Source: an uncultured Desulfobacterales bacterium (GTDB lineage: Bacteria; Desulfobacterota; Desulfobacteria; Desulfobacterales; B30-G6). From it: DNA of 62,178 bases. Below are positions 56,687 through 62,178 of the stretch, one piece after another (within the stretch, counting starts at the first letter, position 1; every line of letters begins with the position of its first letter). The position numbers were made by a program, and so were the translations under genes. The notes beneath the pieces are model-generated. The model was not told where the DNA came from and made no database searches. It worked only from the letters and a program-made list of their open reading frames with translations. The DNA is taken from contig CAYTAQ010000003.1 of assembly GCA_964435695.1 (NCBI GenBank), positions 1 through 62,178 on the forward strand. Reading direction: 5' to 3'.

Positions 56687-57718
56687 ATGCCGGAATTCGA
56701 CTTTTTACTGGACATTGATCTGTTTAAAAAAAGTCTATCAGAGCAACAGGTGGTCATCGAGCTTTTCTGGGAAAAAGCCCGGCTCCTGCTGAACGGTTCG
56801 GGAATTCAATTAACCCCCCTGCCAAAATCGTGGACCACCTTGCGGCAAAATCATTTTTCCGTATTATTTATCGCTATTTTTTTCATCCTAAAAATCCCGT
56901 TGGACCGACTCAGACTTTATGCCCGTCTGAATCATTGCCTCAGGTCCTGGGTCACGGCATGCGACAATCTGCTCGATAACGAACTGAAAGAAATGATTAT
57001 CACGGACTTGCCTGAAAATGCCCGCACATTTAAATCGGTACATACGCTGCTCGTCACGGATCGTATCTTTTTTTCCTTTCTTATGGATGCCGTCCACGCC
57101 AAAATTATTTCTGAAAAGGAAATGATGCGATTGTTGGCTGTGTCTTTGTCTTCCATCTCCGCCAGCGGCAGAGAAGAAGCCGAAGAAGAGGAAGGGATTG
57201 ATCACACGCTGCCACCGGAAGATGTTCTTAACAAGATTCATTCAGCCAAGACAGGCCGGTTGTTCATATCGCCCTTATGCGCACCCGCCGCTCTCCACGA
57301 TATCAATAGTGAGGACCCGCAGGTTGCCGGCGTTCGGGAAGGACTCATGGCATTCGGACTTGGATGCCAGGTTCTGGATGATTTGAGCGACCTCGGCATG
57401 GATCTCTACGACAACAAATACAACTATCTGGCGGCATTGATCGTTCACGGTAACGATATGAAAGAAAAAGAGCTTTTGCTGGCATTAGCGTCCAAGGGCT
57501 TAACTCCTGGCATACGCAATGATTTTCAACTCTATCAAAAATTTCCGCACGCTTCAAAAAACGCCATGGACATGGCGGTATCCCAGCTGCATCGAGCCTT
57601 GACGCATCTTTCTCAGTCAGGCTTGCCGTTGACCGCCATTAACAGAGAATCGTTTATCAAGGTTTTGATCAAGGTCTTCCGTCACCCCAATCGCCTGTTG
57701 AATATAAGGGAGCGATAA
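56687..57718 (+). CDS. Class I isoprenoid-synthase-fold protein
   Basis: DNLLD first motif, KTGRLF, FGLGCQVLDDLSD second aspartate-rich motif. Confidence 0.7.
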   Translation: MPEFDFLLDIDLFKKSLSEQQVVIELFWEKARLLLNGSGIQLTPLPKSWTTLRQNHFSVLFIAIFFILKIPLDRLRLYARLNHCLRSWVTACDNLLDNELKEMIITDLPENARTFKSVHTLLVTDRIFFSFLMDAVHAKIISEKEMMRLLAVSLSSISASGREEAEEEEGIDHTLPPEDVLNKIHSAKTGRLFISPLCAPAALHDINSEDPQVAGVREGLMAFGLGCQVLDDLSDLGMDLYDNKYNYLAALIVHGNDMKEKELLLALASKGLTPGIRNDFQLYQKFPHASKNAMDMAVSQLHRALTHLSQSGLPLTAINRESFIKVLIKVFRHPNRLLNIRER

Positions 57719-58914
57719 TGCCGTCGCGATCACTTCAAATCTGGGCATATATGGCCGCGCGGTTTATTTTGCGGCATCGTAGAAAAACCATCGCAACAGC
57801 AAGTTTTATCATCCTTGGAACCGGTATACTGGTTTTTTTGCACGCACTCACCGTGGGTATCAATGATACCATGGTGTTGAATACAACACGCCTGCACTAC
57901 GGGGATATATTCATAGAAATACCGGCCGCGTTCCATCATCCCGAGTCGATCGCTCAAAGCATCTCAGCGGAAAAAGGGGTTGAATCGACCCTCTTCCGAT
58001 ACCGCCTTTCAGGCCTGTTAACCAACAACTCGGTTTCGGCGCCGGCTGTTTTATATGCCGTAAACCCGAAAATGGAGGCAGCCGGAACAGCTATCGCGCT
58101 GCGCATGTCCTCCGGAAGATATCCGGGGATCCTCAGTCATGAGATCCTTTTGGGCCAAACCATCGCTGAAAAAATTAAGGTAATCGCAGGCGATACACTG
58201 TCGATCGTCGAAAGCTCAGGAAAATATCTCGGCGAATTCAGGGTGAGTGGTACGTATCAGACTGAAATCCCTAACTTCGACAACATGGTCGCCTATGTGC
58301 CCCTTCAGGCAATCGACCCCACGATCCGCCGACTCAACCCTTCTGAAATTTCAATTTTTTTAGACAAGGATAAAAATTATCAAAAAATCAAAACCCGCCT
58401 GAAAACGCTGATTCCGATAAATCTCAAACTGCAAACCTGGGAAGAACTTATGCCGGACCTGCTTCAGCTTATCGAGATGAACGAAGTGGCCATGCGAATC
58501 CTGATCCTGTTTATTTTCATCCTTGTGGGATTCGGCATCAGCAATAGCTTTGTTTTAACGATTGTAGAAAGATTCAGAGAATTCGGAATCCTGAAAGCCA
58601 TGGGCGTCACCCCGAAAGAGCTGGTGGGCCTCGTGTTCCTTGAAAGCTTTATGGTCTGTTTTGCGGCGACGCTGATCGGGCTGCTCATGGGGTGGGTATT
58701 GACGCTGACGGTTGCCTGTGTGGGTATTGATTTCAGCAGCCTGACATCTCACAACCGCTACTTCATCGTGACCGGTTTGGTACGTCCGCGGGCAACGCTG
58801 GAAAGCTTTTACTGGCCAGGGATCCTTTCGCTGGCGGCTTCGGTCGTATCATCCTATCTGCCCACCCGCATCGCCGCCAAGAAAACCACCTCCGAAACAC
58901 TCAGGTTTGCCTAA
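57718..58914 (+). CDS. LolC/E-like ABC permease
   Basis: N-terminal TM, periplasmic domain, ERFREFGILKAMG; TAATG coupling. Confidence 0.88.
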   Translation: MPSRSLQIWAYMAARFILRHRRKTIATASFIILGTGILVFLHALTVGINDTMVLNTTRLHYGDIFIEIPAAFHHPESIAQSISAEKGVESTLFRYRLSGLLTNNSVSAPAVLYAVNPKMEAAGTAIALRMSSGRYPGILSHEILLGQTIAEKIKVIAGDTLSIVESSGKYLGEFRVSGTYQTEIPNFDNMVAYVPLQAIDPTIRRLNPSEISIFLDKDKNYQKIKTRLKTLIPINLKLQTWEELMPDLLQLIEMNEVAMRILILFIFILVGFGISNSFVLTIVERFREFGILKAMGVTPKELVGLVFLESFMVCFAATLIGLLMGWVLTLTVACVGIDFSSLTSHNRYFIVTGLVRPRATLESFYWPGILSLAASVVSSYLPTRIAAKKTTSETLRFA

Positions 58915-59582
58915 TGGATATCGCCGTCTCTTTAATAAACGCGAGCAAAGTATTTATGACCGGCAGTGCGCAGGTAAAGGCGATTTCCGATGTTTCATTC
59001 GATATACCCGATGGATCATTTTGGGTCATTGCCGGTCCTTCCGGATCAGGCAAAACAACCCTTTTAAACCTCATCGGCGGACTGGATCGCGCAACATCCG
59101 GTGAGGTTGTCATAGGAACGATGAAGCTGAGCCGTATGGATGAGCAGGGCCTTGCGCTCTACAGAAGAAGCCGGGTGGGATTCATCTTCCAGGGAAACAA
59201 TTTAATAACCAGCCTCACCGCATTTGAAAACATCGAGATTCCCCTGATTTTGACCGGCGCGTCCCATAGAAAAAGCAAAGTCCGGGCCATTCTGGAAGAA
59301 ATCGGGTTGAGCGACAAGCACCGCATGTTCCCGCAATTCTTATCGGCAGGAGAACAGCAGCGGATTGCCGTAGCCCGAGCGGTGGTGCATTCCCCGAAAA
59401 TCGTGCTGGCGGATGAACCCACGGCGAACCTCGATGCCAAGACCGGCTCTGAAATTCTGATCCTGCTTCAGCGATTGAATCGCAAACTCAAAAGAACCAT
59501 TCTGCTTTCGACCCATGATCCAAGAATCATCGAAAACAGTGAAAATGTGTTGCAACTGTCGGACGGCAAACTCCAGTTGTAA
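58914..59582 (+). CDS. LolD-like ABC ATPase
   Basis: GPSGSGKTT, LSAGEQQR, ADEPTANLD, STHD. Confidence 0.9.
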   Translation: MDIAVSLINASKVFMTGSAQVKAISDVSFDIPDGSFWVIAGPSGSGKTTLLNLIGGLDRATSGEVVIGTMKLSRMDEQGLALYRRSRVGFIFQGNNLITSLTAFENIEIPLILTGASHRKSKVRAILEEIGLSDKHRMFPQFLSAGEQQRIAVARAVVHSPKIVLADEPTANLDAKTGSEILILLQRLNRKLKRTILLSTHDPRIIENSENVLQLSDGKLQL

Positions 59583-59710
59583 AAGAAAAAGCTGAAAAAG
59601 AATGCTGATCCACAAAACCTTATCTTGACAAAATGAATGTTATACCGTTTGTTAGCAATGAAAAAATTGGGGCCAACCGTTTGTCTCACAACTGCTTAAA
59701 AGCCGTCATT

Positions 59711-59748
59711 CCGGATATCATCTCGCCCCGTGGCGAGATGATATCCGG
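59711..59748. repeat. 17-bp perfect palindrome, REP-like
   Basis: CCGGATATCATCTCGCC-ccgt-GGCGAGATGATATCCGG, preceded by GTCATT. Confidence 0.8.
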
Positions 59749-59806
59749 GCAGGAAGTGAAACTTTTGCGCAATCCAGGATAGACATTGAGAGAGAAAGGC
59801 TTTCAG

Positions 59807-60463
59807 ATGAAAAAATCAGGATTTGTTTTTTTTGTTTTTGTGCTCATCATGGGTTTGTTTTTTCCCGGGTGGGCTATGGCCAGCTGGACCATTCAGCTGT
59901 CAACAGGTTCTTCCTACAGTTTCCCCTCTCCTTTGACCATCCGGCAGGACGGTGAAAAAGATATCCATCTGACCGCAGAATACGAAACAAAAGCGTGGGC
60001 GACCCAGGCCCCCTATTATGACCTGAGAATCGGAAGATGGAAAGACGGCACGGCATGGGAATTCGAATCACTGCATCAGAAATTGTATCTCAAGAACAAA
60101 CCGGATGAGGTGCAAAAATTTTCCATATCCCACGGGTACAATATCAACACGCTGAACTTTGCCTTGTCCAAATACGGTTTCATATACCGGGCAGGGGTCG
60201 GCTTTGTCATGACGCATCCCGAAACCAAGGTCCGGGGAAAACGATGGGAAGATGACGGCGGGCTTAACGGATTCTACATCAGCGGCGCCGGCGGTCAGCT
60301 GGCGGTTGAAAAACGATATTATACATCTGAAAAATTATCCCTCTCTCTTGAAGTAAAATTTACGGCGGCCTATGCGGAAATTCCCATTGCCGACGGCACG
60401 GCCACCGTGCCCAATTATGCAACCCACGCTCTTATCGGCATCGGTTTTGACTTCTGGGAATAA
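59807..60463 (+). CDS. Outer-membrane beta-barrel protein (putative)
   Basis: Signal peptide ending AMA, alternating beta strands, aromatic C terminus GIGFDFWE. Confidence 0.7.
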   Translation: MKKSGFVFFVFVLIMGLFFPGWAMASWTIQLSTGSSYSFPSPLTIRQDGEKDIHLTAEYETKAWATQAPYYDLRIGRWKDGTAWEFESLHQKLYLKNKPDEVQKFSISHGYNINTLNFALSKYGFIYRAGVGFVMTHPETKVRGKRWEDDGGLNGFYISGAGGQLAVEKRYYTSEKLSLSLEVKFTAAYAEIPIADGTATVPNYATHALIGIGFDFWE

Positions 60464-60568
60464 CAAACCGCTCATCTGTATCCTTTGCCTATCTTCCAAG
60501 CCTTCGCCACTGGTACAACAATTATCCGTCACCATACATCTCTTCTTTCATTTGGCCTTGCTCAGTCA

Positions 60569-60805
60569 CTACTTGATCCAGGCCAGGACCTCTTCCTTCT
60601 TGGGAATCTTGCCCACGGATTTCACCTCACCGTCCACAACCACAGCCGGCGTGCCGAACACACCATAACCGGCAATTTTCATTACATCCGTAACTTTTTC
60701 TATATGAGCGGCTATATCGGCCTCGACCACTGCCTCGCGTACGATCTTCTCCGTCTGCAGGCATTTGGCACAGCCAGGACCCAACACTTTGATTTCCATT
60801 TTCAT
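60569..60805 (-). CDS. Small redox-active disulfide protein (thioredoxin_3 type)
   Basis: IKVLGPGCAKC, YGVFGTPAVVVDG. Confidence 0.9.
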   Translation of the reverse strand: MKMEIKVLGPGCAKCLQTEKIVREAVVEADIAAHIEKVTDVMKIAGYGVFGTPAVVVDGEVKSVGKIPKKEEVLAWIK

Positions 60806-60871
60806 TTCCTCCGGTTATGATTTTATTTTATTTCTCCTGCTTTGCGCTTTTTGCGCCTCTGCCGACAAAAT

Positions 60872-62083
60872 TTAGCCTACGATCCTTCCATATATCATGC
60901 CGGCGATGGTGGACATAATCACGATGATGCCGCAAAAAGTTACCGTCTTTTTCACACCCATAACGCTACCGATCACCAACATATTGGGCAGGGAAAGCGC
61001 CGGGCCGGCCAGCAGCAACGCCAGGGCCGGTCCCTTGCCCATACCGGCCCCCAAGAGCCCCTGCAGAATGGGCACCTCCGTCAGCGTTGCGAAGTACATT
61101 AAGGCCCCGCTTACTGAGGCGATCAGGTTGGCCCAGAGGGAGTTGCCGCCCAGAAGTGACTGGACCCATTGTTCGGGAATCAGCGCTGAATGACCGGGAC
61201 GACCCAGCATGAAACCGGCAACCAGAACGCCGCCGGCCAGGAGCGGAAAAATCTGCTTCATAAAACCCCAGGTGGATTCCACCCAGCTCTTGCATTCATC
61301 CCTGGTGAACCATGCTTTGAGCATGAAGCTCAGCACGATCAGCAATGCCACGGTAATGTACCATTTGGCGGCAAAGATGGCCGGCCATAACCCGGTTGAT
61401 CCGGAAACAGGCTTGGCAAAGGCGGCAAACACCAGGATCAGGACCATGGTCAAAATGTACAGGGTGTCCTGCAGCAGGCTGCGCTCCTTGGCCCCAGCAT
61501 CAGGCACATAGATTTGGCCGGCGGTGCGCGCTGCATCATCCCTGCGAAAGATCAAGGCCATCAGCAGACCGGTGATCACAGCAAACAAGACCGCACCCAC
61601 GGCCCTGGCCAGACCTAGCTGCCAGCCCAGAATTTTGGCAGTCAACGTGATGGCCAATACGTTGATGGCCGGACCGGAATAGAGAAAGGCTGTGGCCGGA
61701 CCTATGCCGGCTCCGCGGGTGTAGATACCGGCAAACAGCGGCAGCACCGTGCAGGAGCACACTGCCAATATGGTCCCGGACACCGATGCCACTGAGTAGG
61801 ATAAAATTTTACTTGCCTGGGCGCCAAAGTACTTCAGCACTGATGCCTGGGACACAAACACGGCAATGGCTCCGGCAATGAAGAAGGCCGGAACCAGGCA
61901 AGTCAGGACATGTTCCCGTGCATATTCCTGCAACATCATGAAGGCTTCCAGCCCGGATTGCCGGATGACAGGTTGAGCCCAAGGGATATAATAAGCGGCG
62001 GCAAAAATCCCCGCGATCAAAAACAGCTTGGTACGTTCTTTCACAGCTTGTGCTCCTATGAGACGGCCTGCTACGGCGGTCAT
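60872..62083 (-). CDS. DUF318/ArsP-type permease
   Basis: VCSCTVLPLF, FLYSGPAIN, MYFATLTEVPI, AGPALSLP; start may be GTG 62044. Confidence 0.88.
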   Translation of the reverse strand: MTAVAGRLIGAQAVKERTKLFLIAGIFAAAYYIPWAQPVIRQSGLEAFMMLQEYAREHVLTCLVPAFFIAGAIAVFVSQASVLKYFGAQASKILSYSVASVSGTILAVCSCTVLPLFAGIYTRGAGIGPATAFLYSGPAINVLAITLTAKILGWQLGLARAVGAVLFAVITGLLMALIFRRDDAARTAGQIYVPDAGAKERSLLQDTLYILTMVLILVFAAFAKPVSGSTGLWPAIFAAKWYITVALLIVLSFMLKAWFTRDECKSWVESTWGFMKQIFPLLAGGVLVAGFMLGRPGHSALIPEQWVQSLLGGNSLWANLIASVSGALMYFATLTEVPILQGLLGAGMGKGPALALLLAGPALSLPNMLVIGSVMGVKKTVTFCGIIVIMSTIAGMIYGRIVG

Positions 62084-62160
62084 TTAGGGCTTGAAGCCCC
62101 AGTAAACTGCCACCCGTGAAACAGGTGGCTTTCATTTTTCCGCAAAGCGGAAAATGAAAA

Positions 62161-62178
62161 GGAGACGGCACGTCTCCG
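62161..62178. repeat. REP-like palindrome, copy 2
   Basis: GGAGACGGCACGTCTCCG, identical to 3299-3316. Confidence 0.7.

Noticed and set aside
1-62178. CRISPR array, rRNA, intact tRNA, transposase or integrase genes
   Set aside because: No repeat-spacer periodicity, no rRNA-like segment, only a tRNA fragment, and no ORF with DDE, Y1 or tyrosine-recombinase motifs was seen

Overview
62 kb of chromosome from an anaerobic deltaproteobacterium; gene content and repeat types point to Desulfobacterota, Desulfobacterales-like (inference). 1-2.3 kb: an island junction with a tRNA-Phe 3' fragment (att-like), tandem direct repeats, and an NYN/PIN nuclease gene behind a short, structured, terminator-ended leader RNA. 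2.3-14 kb: small and decayed genes, an HD-GYP regulator, and two sigma54 two-component systems with recognisable -24/-12 promoters and paired enhancer sites. 14-22 kb: a sigma54 operon encoding a Fis-type HTH, a Liv-type ABC importer, an acyl-CoA ligase, a nitroreductase and a REC protein. 22-34 kb: M23 peptidase, FmdB, sirtuin, flavin reductase, MntP, an AttEFGH-like ABC/lipocalin set, a CPA2 antiporter and amtB, which sits behind a cobalamin riboswitch with no B12-related gene after it. 34-44.5 kb: an SLC13 transporter/USP/HK/RR cluster with a divergent Lon protease carrying an inserted receiver domain. 44.5-55.5 kb: serC, hisD, then MeaB, a strongly non-canonical B12 acyl-CoA mutase (two subunits), MmgE/PrpD, a CoA ligase and an acetylene-hydratase-family Mo/W enzyme; this is the best candidate for an undescribed pathway. 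55.5-62 kb: an isoprenoid-synthase-like gene coupled to an ABC exporter, a beta-barrel, and a thioredoxin/permease pair. Intergenic DNA carries two homologous ~97-bp MITE-like elements, four heptamer-based inverted repeats and several long hairpins. No CRISPR array, rRNA or intact tRNA was seen. All assignments are by-eye motif recognition; no database searches were run.
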